A DNA stretch of 64,000 nucleotides, from positions 32,001-96,000 of the forward strand of contig CAVZSQ010000003.1 of NCBI GenBank assembly GCA_963777955.1, written 5' to 3'. This DNA comes from Calditrichia bacterium. GTDB taxonomy: Bacteria > Calditrichota > Calditrichia > JAJRVZ01. The notes beneath the pieces are model-generated. The model saw nothing but the letters and a program-made list of their open reading frames with translations. It was not told the DNA's origin and searched no databases. The translations under genes and the position numbers were made by a program. Shown piece by piece: positions 1-10,875 of the stretch (its first letter is position 1; every line of letters starts with the position of its first letter).

Positions 1-2
1 AA

Positions 3-125
3 GAAATGAAGACAGGAACTCACCGTGTAAATTTTGACGGTGGTTCATTTCCCAGTGGCATTTATTTTTATTCTCTTAAAACAAAAAATGTAGAAATATC
101 AAAAAAAATGATATTGCTCCGTTAG
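3..125 (+). CDS. 3' end of a secreted protein with a T9SS/Por-type C-terminal sorting domain (partial, runs off the window)
   Basis: Manual translation EMKTGTHRVNFDGGSFPSGIYFYSLKTKNVEISKKMILLR* carries the SGxYFY...KKM.L.R terminal pattern. Confidence 0.85.
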   Translation, partial: EMKTGTHRVNFDGGSFPSGIYFYSLKTKNVEISKKMILLR

Positions 126-276
126 AATTTATCTATATTATTTTGCTGATAGAGATAACCTGCCGGTCGATCTGGTGTTAAACGAATCGGCGGATCATTT
201 TCACTGATCAGCAGGACAAGTCCCAGGTGCATGTACGCAACTGACAGTTTGCGGTAAGGCATGAAAGGAGTGCATT

Positions 277-1120
277 ATGCGGGTAAGAAGTTTGATTATT
301 TATGTTGTAATGTTCTTTTTGCTTAGTTTTTGATTTCATGTACGGGTCAAGAATTCCCGTGCTGGTACCACTGATAATTTCGCCGATGAGGCATGAACAC
401 TCAAGTATTCTATAACCTATGATGAAATATTTAAGGACACAGGACATGCCAGATTATTACACAGTACAGGATTTTGATTTGACCGATTCGCTTCCTGTTT
501 GTGCACCCCATTGCAGCCTATGGACTTTATCAATATGATCTGGTTTCAAAAGAATTAAGAGAATTGGTGCATTATGGTGCCGGGGATTGGATTGCCCACG
601 ATTCTAACTATGTCTTTTATGAGATGTCAAGTTATGCTATTTACAGATATAATCTTGTTGAGGATACAACCGACTTGAGATTCGATCTGACCGCTTTGGA
701 TTATACGAATATTAATGGACTTGATGTTTATCAACATATTTTATATGCTTTAATGCATTCCCGGGAGCCCGGAAGTCAATATTTAGCCCTGTTCAGCCTG
801 GACGGCATCTTGCTTGATACTATTCCCTACCCGCGATTTACGAGTTACATGACCATACATAACGATATTGTTTATGCTCTTCCCTGGAATACATCTAATA
901 CTTTAAGTTGCTTCACTTAAACACAAAATCCTTTTTGACAGACCAGTCTTTTCCCATTGAAGATGGGAATGGAATAAGAATATTTGAGGATAAATTATAT
1001 TATGCTACCAATTATCAACCGCGTTATATCAGCTATCATGCCGATACCCGAATAGCAGCGGAATTCAAGTCCCACCACACCTGGTATTTTTGTTCACCGG
1101 CAATATTAAAGAACATGTAA
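277..1120 (+). CDS. Hypothetical exported protein (beta-propeller-like), broken by several frameshifts
   Basis: AAGGAG then ATG at 277 (MRVRSLIIYVVMFFLLSF, hydrophobic); overlapping ORF pieces 501-920 and 908-1120 contain repeated YxYDL-type strands. Confidence 0.45.
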
Positions 1121-1133
1121 GGGAGGTCTGAGT

Positions 1134-1622
1134 ATGAAAAATATTATAGTCATTCTGATAATGATGGGTATTTTTGTTGCATTCATATCATGTAATAACA
1201 AAAGTGCACCGTTGAATATGGATATGGAAAAACAATTAGTAGAAAAAGCAATCCACAGTTGCATTGGTTGGGCCAAAAATAAGGATATAAATTTGCTGTA
1301 TAGCATCATCGCCAATGATTCTGTTTATATTGAAGTAAGTCCCAGTGACCATATTACGTATGGGTTTCAGAATTTTAAAAATAATGAGAAGTTCTGGCTG
1401 AGTCCTGATTTCAAAGCGATCCGCTATGAAATAAAGGATTTGAAAATAAACTTTTCACAGTCGGGTACCGTTGCCTGGTTCTTTGCCCGGCTTGATGATA
1501 TCAACGAATGGAAAGGACAACCTGCCAGTTGGGAGAATACCCGCTGGACCGGCGTGCTGGAAAGGCGAAATAACTGTTGGGTGATGGTACAAATGCACTT
1601 TTCATTCGCCTCACCTCAATAG
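1134..1622 (+). CDS. SnoaL/NTF2-like lipoprotein
   Basis: Lipobox-like FISC; C-terminal RWTGVLERRNNCWVMVQMHFS typical of SnoaL-like domains; GGAGG RBS. Confidence 0.8.
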   Translation: MKNIIVILIMMGIFVAFISCNNKSAPLNMDMEKQLVEKAIHSCIGWAKNKDINLLYSIIANDSVYIEVSPSDHITYGFQNFKNNEKFWLSPDFKAIRYEIKDLKINFSQSGTVAWFFARLDDINEWKGQPASWENTRWTGVLERRNNCWVMVQMHFSFASPQ

Positions 1623-1639
1623 TGGTGTTCAGTATTATT

Positions 1640-1668
1640 TTGACACAACTGGTCGGGTTATTTATATT
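1640..1668 (+). promoter_or_regulatory. Sigma70-type promoter
   Basis: TTGACA-17 nt-TATATT upstream of the 1695 ORF. Confidence 0.55.
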
Positions 1669-1694
1669 CTTCAGGTGCTAAGCCAGGGGGGTGA

Positions 1695-2900
1695 ATGGGA
1701 AATCCGCTAAATTCAGTAACTTCGCAGGCATGTTCATACCCGGTTCTCCGAAATAATCCCGGCCATAGCAGTATTGCTCTTCATTATATTATAGGGTTCA
1801 TTCTCTGTTCAATGCTTCCGGCTCTATTCGCTCAGACGGATAATTCGGATACTTTGAATTGGGAAGATAAAAGACTGGAATGGTCTGATTTTCAGGGTGT
1901 ACCTGTAGATTATTCGCCTCTTCATTCCGAACTGCACTCTACTATTGGATACTCCGGGCAAACCTGTTTTATCGAAGATACCAGGGTCACCACTTTAATT
2001 TCTTATTGCACGATGAATCGCAGTACCTCCTGGGTTAAAGCAGGATCCCGGGATGACCAATACCTGATTTATAACCAGATTCAGTTTGACCTGGGGGAAC
2101 TATACTCCCGAAAATTGCAAAATCAATTATTCTTATTGCTGAATGAAAAAATTGACAGGCAGGTACAGGCTTTTGGTTTACTTTTGGAAATAAATCTTGA
2201 TTGCCAGCAGAGAATCGATCAGCTCATTGAGCAAACAAATTATGGTAATGATTCCGCAGCGGTTAAATTATGGGCTGAAATGATTGCCAAGGAATTAGAG
2301 CAAACACCCCGGCAAAAAATACCGGAATTTAAAAACAAAAAATTTGCAGTGGGGGGTTCATTCGCTCTGGGCGGGGGTATCCTGACTCCTGCATTAAACA
2401 AATATTTCTCGAACAATTTTAATTTAGTCTATGGTTTTGATCTCGGTTACCGGAGTTTGATATTTAATTTACGGGCGACTCTCGGATTTAATTCAGTAAA
2501 AAAAGAATTTGAATATAAAAATAAACTATGGCCCGAGAAAATATCGACAGGATTGGTTAGCGCTGACCTGGCCCTGGGTTATCCACTGATTGATACTAAA
2601 AAATCAAGAATCACGCCTTTTGCCGGCATTAGTTACCTGGAGTTCTACGTGCCTGGCAATCAGAAAAAATATGAAGATCATCGAATGAGTAACTTCGCCT
2701 ATAGTCTGGGTTTAAATTATGATTATAAAACCAGCACCACTATCAACCTCATGGGTAGCTCTAATGAAAAAACCGATTGGTTTATCAGAACCAGTGTGTA
2801 TATTTCAGTAGTGAATTTTAATAATCAATTCAAAGGTGCCTTGATTAATTTCACGGTGGGTTTTGGCGGTTTTGTCAGATTTATAAGGATTAAGCAATGA
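1695..2900 (+). CDS. Exported protein: DUF922-like N-terminal domain plus C-terminal outer-membrane beta-barrel-like domain
   Basis: LNWEDKRLEWSDFQGVP and FDLGELYSRKL motifs; alternating amphipathic strands in the C-terminal half; start codon uncertain. Confidence 0.6.
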   Translation: MGNPLNSVTSQACSYPVLRNNPGHSSIALHYIIGFILCSMLPALFAQTDNSDTLNWEDKRLEWSDFQGVPVDYSPLHSELHSTIGYSGQTCFIEDTRVTTLISYCTMNRSTSWVKAGSRDDQYLIYNQIQFDLGELYSRKLQNQLFLLLNEKIDRQVQAFGLLLEINLDCQQRIDQLIEQTNYGNDSAAVKLWAEMIAKELEQTPRQKIPEFKNKKFAVGGSFALGGGILTPALNKYFSNNFNLVYGFDLGYRSLIFNLRATLGFNSVKKEFEYKNKLWPEKISTGLVSADLALGYPLIDTKKSRITPFAGISYLEFYVPGNQKKYEDHRMSNFAYSLGLNYDYKTSTTINLMGSSNEKTDWFIRTSVYISVVNFNNQFKGALINFTVGFGGFVRFIRIKQ

Positions 2901-3367
2901 ATAAAGTCATCGTACCTGTTGTTGTTTTTTCTTTTTTAACAACGTCCTGCTCAAATAATATATATATTAAAAGAGATCAGATACCGCCGGTGTATAAAAA
3001 TAAAATTAATAAATATTGGTATCCCGGTACCGGGATGATAATTTTATCAGACGGTAGAATAAATGAGGCCTGTCAGGTACATCTTGATCAAGATTCAGTG
3101 ATTTTTAAAATTATCGATGACACATTGTTCTCAAGAATCGCCCTCAATGATGTGAAAATTATTAAATTCAGTAATCACACCACCGGAACTATCTTAGGAT
3201 TGCCTTTTGGAGCCGCCGTAGGTTATGGGTTGGCCAAGATCAATGAAGATCATGATCCTAACAGAGCAAGATTAAATCGGGAAGGCTGTGCACTTGTAGG
3301 AGCATTAATTGGTGCTTTATTTAGCGGGATCCATGGTGTAGTTTGGAACTATGTATTTGTTGACTAA
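2897..3367 (+). CDS. Hypothetical lipoprotein with C-terminal glycine-rich hydrophobic segments
   Basis: Lipobox TTSC; ATGA overlap with the upstream gene. Confidence 0.65.
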   Translation: MNKVIVPVVVFSFLTTSCSNNIYIKRDQIPPVYKNKINKYWYPGTGMIILSDGRINEACQVHLDQDSVIFKIIDDTLFSRIALNDVKIIKFSNHTTGTILGLPFGAAVGYGLAKINEDHDPNRARLNREGCALVGALIGALFSGIHGVVWNYVFVD

Positions 3368-3411
3368 TTTCATGAGATATTATAAAATACAATAATATGA
3401 AAGGAGGTGCT

Positions 3412-3930
3412 ATGAAAGGTATAAAAGTATTTACGGGAATTATTATAATTCTTGTCATGGTACTTCGTGGCGCTGCCCAGGAATTTGCAGTTCCGCAGAA
3501 TTACAAACTGGAAAAACCGGAAGACTATGCCAAATATGAAGCTGATGTTCTGAAATGTATCGATTATCTGGAAAGCATCCCCCTCGATGATGAATCTGCC
3601 AGGACAATTGCGGCAAACGCCTTTCTTTTAAAATGGATGCAGGGAAGTCCCAATGTGACAATAGAATTGAATGCTTACATAGTTGAACTTTGCGACAAAA
3701 ATAAAGAATTTATTATGCTGTTCATGGGCGGTTGGACCCGTTATGCCTTACAAAATCCGGACTCGGTAAATAGTTTAAATGGAAATATGGCCGGACTGGA
3801 AAGCATAATTAATGTGTATAAACAGGGCCAGGGTGTGAGCCGGGATAAAAAAGTAGAAAAAATCATTAAATTGCAGGAAGAAGGAGAACTAGAAGACTGG
3901 GTAAAAGATCAAATAAAGAAAAATAATTAG
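3412..3930 (+). CDS. Conserved-looking hypothetical exported protein
   Basis: AAGGAGG before ATG 3412; signal peptide ending GAA-Q. Confidence 0.7.
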   Translation: MKGIKVFTGIIIILVMVLRGAAQEFAVPQNYKLEKPEDYAKYEADVLKCIDYLESIPLDDESARTIAANAFLLKWMQGSPNVTIELNAYIVELCDKNKEFIMLFMGGWTRYALQNPDSVNSLNGNMAGLESIINVYKQGQGVSRDKKVEKIIKLQEEGELEDWVKDQIKKNN

Positions 3931-4166
3931 AAAACCGATCCAGCCCTGACTGTGGTGTCAGGACAGATATCTCTCCCCAACAGTTTTGCCCTTAAAGGTA
4001 TGAATTTATACTAAATTTTACCCCCCGGATGCGGGTTAATTTTACTGATTTAAATTACATCAATTGTTTAATTTCGGCTACTTTTTAGCCGACTATGATA
4101 TATAGTTATTAATTGAAATTAATCTAATTTGTAATTGTGTAATTGGTAATTTACGGGGAGAAGTGC

Positions 4167-7100
4167 ATGTCTGTTAAACACAGAAATATTTTTTCAATAG
4201 CAACTGCCTTTATTTTTTCACTGGCCACAACTATTTGTCTGCAGGCGCAAGACAGAAATATAAAATTTGAACACCTCTATGAAGGTCTGTCGCAGAGCAG
4301 CGTGCGCTGTATCCTCAAAGACAGCAAGGGGTATATGTGGTTTGGGACATACTACGGTCTGAATAAATATGATGCTTACGGTTTTAAAATCTATAAAAAT
4401 GATCAAAGGGATCCCGGATCCCTGAGCGGCAACAGAATCTCCTGTATCTATGAAGATCGCGAAGGAATTCTCTGGGTGGGCACTTATCTGGAAGGGCTCA
4501 ATGTCTATAATCGCGAGTTGGATTCATTCATTCATTACCGCAACAATCCGGCTGACAGCACCAGCCTGAGCAGCGATTTTGTCCGTACTATCTTCGAAGA
4601 CAGTAAAGGCAATTTATGGATCGGTACCTTGTACGGTGGATTAAATCTGTTCGAACGGTCCAGTAAAACCTTTAAGCACCTGCGCCAGACAAGATCAACA
4701 GAAAAAAACTCCCTGCAAAATAATGATATATTTTCGATCATTGAAGACCGCGACGGGAAATTATGGATCGGAACAAACGGCGGAGGTCTGCATTTATTTG
4801 ATCCGCAAACAAAGAAATTTACCTATTTCAAATATACCAATGACAATCCGGTAAATCTGAATGCACATAATTTCGGCAAAATTTTAAAAGAAGATAAGAG
4901 TGGCAGCAACATCTGGATCGGAACCAGCGGTGAAGGGATCTGGTCGTTCAATAAAGGAACGCGGACTTTTAAAAATTATACACGTGGCAAGGGTAAAACG
5001 GGATTGAACCATCAGATCATCACCGATCTGTACCAGGATGAAAATGGGAAACTGTGGATAGCCACCGACGGCGGCGGAATAAATATCCTGGATCCGCTAA
5101 AGGAAACATATTCCTATATGCAGAACGATCCCGATGATAAATCCAGTATCAGCAATAACCAGGTGTACACTATTTACCGCGACGATCAGGATATCGTCTG
5201 GATCGGAAATTATAACGGCGCCATTAATATTTTTAACCGGAGTCTGAGCAAGTTTGCTTTGTATACCCAGAGTAACCGCAATAAAAACAGTCTCAGTTTT
5301 AAATCGGTGCTGATCGTTCTGCGAAGATTACCAGGGGAAAATATGGATAGGAACGGATGGCGGGGGGCTGAATCTTTTCGACCGGGAAAGAAACCTGTTC
5401 AGGCATTTTATGCATGATGATAAAAATCCTAAAAGCATCGGCGGAAATGCCGTCACCAGGGTATACGAGGATAAAAGGAAAAATCTGTGGATCGGGACCT
5501 ATGCGGCCGGACTGATCCTGTACGACCGCAACAAAAACCGGTTTATCAGTCATTTAAATAATCCGGGTGATAACCGTACCATTAACAGTAACAATGTCTT
5601 TGCTATTCTGGAAGACAGCCGTAATAATCTGTGGATCGGGACCCTGGACGGGGGATTGAATCTTTTTGACCGGGATAAAAACACTTTCCGGCATTATATG
5701 CATGATGAAAAGGATGCCGGCAGCATCAGTCATAATGCGGCCATGGTGATCTATGAGGATAGGCAGGGCAATCTGTGGATCGGAACGGAAGGGGGCGGGT
5801 TAAATAATTTCAACCGGGATACCGGAAAATTCACCCGTTATATGCAGGATGCGGATAAACCGGGTACAATTCCCAATAATGAAGTAAAAGCAATTTTTGA
5901 GGATTCACAGGGTAATCTGTGGATTGGTACGGTGGGCGGGGGGTTATGTTTATTCGACAGGTCGACTGGTGATTTCAAGGCGATAACCACCGAAAATGGC
6001 CTGCCCAGCAATGCCATTCTGGCTATCATGGAAGATAATCAGCAAAATTTATGGCTGAGCACTAATAGCGGTCTGTGTAAATTTAACCCGCAGAAGAATA
6101 CTTTCCGCAGTTATGATATCAGTGACGGTCTGCAAAGCAACGAGTTTAACTACTCTGCTTTCCTTAAAAGTAAAAGCGGGGAATTATATTTTGGCGGACT
6201 GAACGGTTTCAATGTTTTTAATCCGGATGAGATTTCGGATAATGCCCACATTCCACCCGTATTCATCACCGATTTTCTGATCTTTAATAAACCGCAGAAT
6301 CTGGTCTGCGAGGGTTCACCGCTGGAAAAGCATATCACGGAAACCTGCCAGCTCGCATTGATCTTACAAGCAGTCTGTGTTTTCTTTTGAATTTGCCGCA
6401 CTTAATTTCACTTCGTCCAACAAGAACCAGTATGCCTATAAACTGGAAGGGTTTGAGGATAACTGGAATTATATCGGTAACCGCAGAACGGCTACCTATA
6501 CTAATATCAATCCCGGGGAATATGTCTTCCGGGTAAAAGCCTCCAATAATGATCGCATCTGGAATGAAACGGGCACTTATATTGCCATAAAAATAACACC
6601 CCCCTTCTGGCAAACTTGGTGGTTCCGCACGTTGTCGCTGCTGGCCATCCTGGGTCTGGCCTACAGTATCTACAGAATCCGGATCAGGTCGATTAAGTTA
6701 CAGAAAGAAAATCTGGAACAACAGGTTAAGGAACGCACCCAGGAATTGAACGAACGTAACAGCGAGTTAAACCAGGCCAAAAAAGAAACCGATGATATAT
6801 TGCATAATGTCAAAGACGGATTATTTTTGCTGGATGAAAAATGCCGCATTGAGTCTCAGTATTCTGCCGCCCTGGAAAAAATATTCGCTGAAAGCAATCT
6901 GGGCCGGAAATCGTTCCTCAAATACCTGGAGAATAAAATCGGCCAGGATATCATAGACAGTACCGCCAATTATCTGGATTTACTGTTCAGCAAAAAAATT
7001 GACGAACATATGCTGTCCGAACTGAATCCGTTGGGACAGATTGAATTGCATTTTGAAAACGGAAAAATAAACGAATCGACTTCCAAATTTCTTACTTTTG

Positions 7101-8176
7101 ATTTCCGGCGGATAGTGGAAAAGGAAAAGACCGTCAGGATCATTGCCTCGGTCAATGATATTACCGAGAAGATTACGCTGGAGAAAGACCTGGAGGAGAC
7201 CAAGGAAGCCAGCAAGCGGAAAATGGATCTGCTGCTCAGTATCCTTAATGTGGAACCGGTCATGCTGGAGGAATTCGTCAAGAGTTCGCAGGATGAAATT
7301 GACCGCGTGGGCGATGTGATCCAGGAACTGGAGCAGAAAGAAACCGCCATTGAACTGCTTGAATCGGTTTATCGTTCCGTGCACACGATTAAAGGTAATG
7401 CCAGCATGCTGGAACTGGATTTGATGGCCGACCGGGCTCATCAGGTCGAAGATATTATCTCCGATCTGCGCAAAAAGGATCAACTCAAATTTAAAGATAT
7501 CAAATCACTCCTGAGTGAAATAGACTCCATCCATTCGATTCATCAGGAAGTGAAAGATCTGATCGAACAGATCAGCAAGATTCATGAACAGTTCAGGCCA
7601 AAGCGACGGCACGAACATAATATGCTGATTAACTCGCTCAATAAACTGATTACCAACCTGGGCGATGAATATCAGAAAAAAGTCAAATTAGTCACCCAGA
7701 ATTTTAAGAGCGATCTGATTCCATATGAGCAGCGCCTGATTTTAAGGGATGTGCTGGTGCAACTGGTCAGGAATGCGATGTATCATGGACTGGAAACTTC
7801 AGGGGAAAGGCATGAAGCGGGTAAGAAAGAGACCGGCACCATCAAGATTCTCAGCATCGATAAAAAAGACCGGATCAGGATTCAGTTTGAGGATGACGGC
7901 CGCGGATTGCAATTCGATAAATTGCGGGAAAAAGCCAAAGAAAGCGGAAAATGGAGTGAAAATGAAATCAACGGCTGGAATAACCAGCAATTAGCCGAAT
8001 TGATTTATCTTCCCGGAATCACCACGGTAGATACTGCGAATATGACCGCCGGCCGGGGCTTCGGCATGGATATCGTCAGACAGAAAATAAAACGTCTCGG
8101 CGGGGAGATCAAGATCGATACCAGGAAAGGAAAATACTGCAAATTTATAATAGAACTGCCGAAGAAGGCGGCATGA
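4167..8176 (+). CDS. Membrane sensor kinase: beta-propeller (Reg_prop) repeats + Y_Y_Y + TM + PAS-like + Hpt + CheA-type HATPase; about 1335 aa after removing two +1 frameshifts (~5313, ~6361)
   Basis: Repeated EDxxGxLWIGTxGGGLN motifs; YAYKLEGFE...YTNINPGEYVFRVKASNND; PPFWQTWWF TM; HTIKGNA; LVRNAMYHGLE; DDGRG; GRGFGMD. Confidence 0.85.
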
Positions 8177-8186
8177 TCAAGGTACA

Positions 8187-8242
8187 AGAGACAAAGAGAC
8201 AAAGAGACAAAGAGACAAAGAGACAGAGAGACAAAGAGACAA
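8187..8242 (+). repeat. Tandem 8-mer (AGAGACAA) x7
   Basis: Read directly; one unit is AGAGACAG; begins just after the kinase stop codon. Confidence 0.95.
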
Positions 8243-8390
8243 AGATAAGATTAAAGATGTAAGAGTTAAGAATCAAGAGGGGTTGGAGTGTTGATGCTGA
8301 AGGTATCAGATGTTTTTAACCTTCCGTGATTCTTCATTAAAATGCGACTATGCAGGGGTTGAACAGTCCGTTACAACACAATTTTTGTTC

Positions 8391-8440
8391 TGTCATCCCG
8401 GACTTGTCGAAGATCTGGCGCCAGACAGAATCCGGGATCT
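8391..8440. repeat. REP-like palindromic element with an inner palindromic insert
   Basis: GTCATCCCGGACTTG...ATCCGGGATC outer stem enclosing TCTGGCGCCAGA. Confidence 0.6.
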
Positions 8441-8561
8441 TTCATGATCTAAACTTCACTACATTCTGCAAAATAAATTTCCTCTTGCCTGATTGTTTAT
8501 TTAATCTTAAGATCCATCCATATTTCCAGATCATCTTAATTATAATACTACAGGAGTAAAA

Positions 8562-8990
8562 ATGAATCCCAATATAAAAAAATACCTGTCGTACGTTATA
8601 GCCATAATAGTTGGGGTGGTGGTATATCAGCTGGTATATCATTTTTTGTTCAAGCCGCCTTCATTCGAAACTCAATTAATGAAAGTCGCGGCAGAACTGA
8701 ATAAGAACTGCCCGTTTATGGTCGACAGCAATACACGTCTTGATAATGCGGTAGGTGGTCCGGGCAAAAATTTTGTATATAATTATACACTCATCAATCA
8801 TGCAGCAGCGGATCTTAATATTGTGGAATTGAAGCAAAATATGATTCCGTTTTTGACGAATTATATTAAAACCAGTGAAGATATGCAGACTTTCCGTAAT
8901 GAAAAAGTCACATTAAAATATAATTATAAAGATAAGTTCGGTGCATTTTTGTTTTCGATAACCATCGGTCCGGGCGACTATGCCGGATAA
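8562..8990 (+). CDS. Hypothetical membrane-anchored protein
   Basis: CAGGAG RBS; N-terminal TM helix; CPFMVDSNTRLD motif. Confidence 0.75.
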   Translation: MNPNIKKYLSYVIAIIVGVVVYQLVYHFLFKPPSFETQLMKVAAELNKNCPFMVDSNTRLDNAVGGPGKNFVYNYTLINHAAADLNIVELKQNMIPFLTNYIKTSEDMQTFRNEKVTLKYNYKDKFGAFLFSITIGPGDYAG

Positions 8991-9174
8991 ATAAAGAACA
9001 CCAATCAAGTAAATTGGAGGCAACGCGAATGTGATCTGGATCAAAATATTTTGATCTTGTCAAAAATATCTATATATTTTTATGAGAATCCAAGATGGGG
9101 AATTTCGTGCTGGACAATCAACTAAAATAATTATAAAGGGTGCATTTAAACGCATATTTAATGAAGGAGGAAGT

Positions 9175-9840
9175 ATGAAAAAATTAATGTTATTATTCGT
9201 GGTGCTGCTGCTTTGCCTCGGGGTGGGTTGTTCCAGCTGGAGCAATACCGCCAAGGGCGGAACGTTCGGAACAGTAGGCGGTGCAGTGGCCGGAGCGGCC
9301 ATCGGCAACGCTGCCGGTAACACAGTTCTGGGTGCAATCATCGGTGCGGCCGTGGGCGGCGCAGCAGGTGCTTATATCGGACACGTTATGGATAAACAGG
9401 CCGAGGAAATCGAAAATGATATCGCCGGCGCTAAAGTAGAACGCGTGGGCGAAGGCATCCGCATCACTTTTGATTCGGGTATCCTCTTTGACGTGGACAA
9501 GTCCGAGCTCAAAGCGGTCAGTCAGCAAAATATAACTAAACTGGCTGAAACGCTACGCAAATATGAAGATACTAACATTCTGATTGAAGGTCATACCGAT
9601 GCTACCGGGACAGAGGATTACAATCTCGAACTTTCGCGGAAGAGAGCACAGTCCGTGGCCAATTATCTGGCCTCGCTCAACGTGAGTGCAACCCGTTTTA
9701 CAATTATGGGCTATGGCGAAGTCCAGCCCATCGCTACCAATGACACGGAAGATGGGCGTGCGGCCAACCGGCGCGTCGAAATCGGCATCATGGCCAATGA
9801 TAAACTGAAAAAAGTTGCAGAAGAAAAAGCACAAGGCTGA
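9175..9840 (+). CDS. OmpA-family lipoprotein with glycine zipper (YiaD-like)
   Basis: AGGAGG RBS; lipobox GVGC; GGAVAGAAIG zipper; GHTDATG, LSRKRAQSV and NRRVEI motifs. Confidence 0.93.
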   Translation: MKKLMLLFVVLLLCLGVGCSSWSNTAKGGTFGTVGGAVAGAAIGNAAGNTVLGAIIGAAVGGAAGAYIGHVMDKQAEEIENDIAGAKVERVGEGIRITFDSGILFDVDKSELKAVSQQNITKLAETLRKYEDTNILIEGHTDATGTEDYNLELSRKRAQSVANYLASLNVSATRFTIMGYGEVQPIATNDTEDGRAANRRVEIGIMANDKLKKVAEEKAQG

Positions 9841-9881
9841 CAGGGAACTTCTGATTAATGTAATTCTTTCATTAAAAAAAT

Positions 9882-9928
9882 AAATATGACCTTATCGAAA
9901 ATCTGATTGTGCGATAAGGTCATATTTT
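9882..9928 (+). terminator. Intrinsic terminator hairpin
   Basis: AAATATGACCTTATCG...CGATAAGGTCATATTT inverted repeat after the ompA-like gene. Confidence 0.75.
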
Positions 9929-9990
9929 GATTAAAACAACGTAAAGTATATTTCGGTTTGACTTTAATAATTTAAAATCAGGGAAAGTAT

Positions 9991-10833
9991 ATGCTGTGGA
10001 AAGGCAGAAGGGAAAGTTCAAACGTTGAAGACCGCCGGGGTAACACAGCCAGAAATGTAGTAGGCGGCGGAATCGGAACCATTATTGTGGTACTGGCTAT
10101 TTACCTGCTGGGAGGTGATCCGTCACAAATCCTGGATAATGCCCAATTGGGTACGGTGGAAGGCACATCGACCTATCAGCCCACGGCCGAAGAGACTGAA
10201 CTGGCTAAATTTGTAGCGGTGGTGCTGGCCGAAACGGAAGATGTCTGGACCGAGGTATTCCGTAAACAGGGATCGGAGTATACTCATCCCAAACTCGTTC
10301 TTTATTCCGGCAGCGTGGAATCTGCCTGCGGTTATTCCGGCGCCGCCACCGGTCCGTTTTATTGTCCGGGTGATTACAAAGTGTATATTGATTTAAGTTT
10401 TTTTGAAGAATTAAAACAACAGTTCAAGGCACCGGGTGATTTTGCCATGGCCTATGTGATTGCCCATGAAGTAGGGCATCACGTGCAAACCCTGACGGGG
10501 ATCAATGAAAAGGTGATGTCGCTCCGTTCCCAACTCAATGAGGAAGAATTCAATAAATACCTGGTTCGTCTGGAATTACAGGCAGATTATCTGGCCGGAG
10601 TATGGGCGCATCATGTCAAACGGATGAATATCCTTGAGGAAGGGGACCTGGACGAAGCACTGAATGCCGCCAGCGCCGTGGGGGATGACCGCATTCAACG
10701 CAGTACCCAGGGCTATGTGGTGCCGGAGAGTTTTACGCATGGGACCTCAGCCCAGCGCAAGGGTTGGTTCAATAAAGGCTTCACTACCGGTGACTTAAGC
10801 CAGTGGGATACATTTAATGCCGATGTTTTGTGA
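9991..10833 (+). CDS. Neutral zinc metallopeptidase (YpfJ-like Zn_peptidase family)
   Basis: GRRESSNVEDRR N-terminus; GPFYCP; HEVGHHVQ; ELQAD; FTHGTS. Confidence 0.92.
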   Translation: MLWKGRRESSNVEDRRGNTARNVVGGGIGTIIVVLAIYLLGGDPSQILDNAQLGTVEGTSTYQPTAEETELAKFVAVVLAETEDVWTEVFRKQGSEYTHPKLVLYSGSVESACGYSGAATGPFYCPGDYKVYIDLSFFEELKQQFKAPGDFAMAYVIAHEVGHHVQTLTGINEKVMSLRSQLNEEEFNKYLVRLELQADYLAGVWAHHVKRMNILEEGDLDEALNAASAVGDDRIQRSTQGYVVPESFTHGTSAQRKGWFNKGFTTGDLSQWDTFNADVL

Positions 10834-10875
10834 TCCCGTTAAACGTTTTCCGCAATACCAAAAAAGGAGATCATT

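Noticed and set aside
4167..8176. Three ORF-track pieces as separate genes or a pseudogene
   Set aside because: Removing one base at each of two sites gives a continuous propeller-to-kinase protein collinear with its paralogues
6377..8176. Canonical cheA / chemotaxis operon
   Set aside because: Membrane-anchored, no CheW (P5) domain, and no MCP, cheW, cheB or cheR nearby
8350..8642. Short ORFs 8350-8559 (+) and 8442-8642 (-)
   Set aside because: They span a REP-like element and promoter DNA or overlap a real gene, with no coding signal
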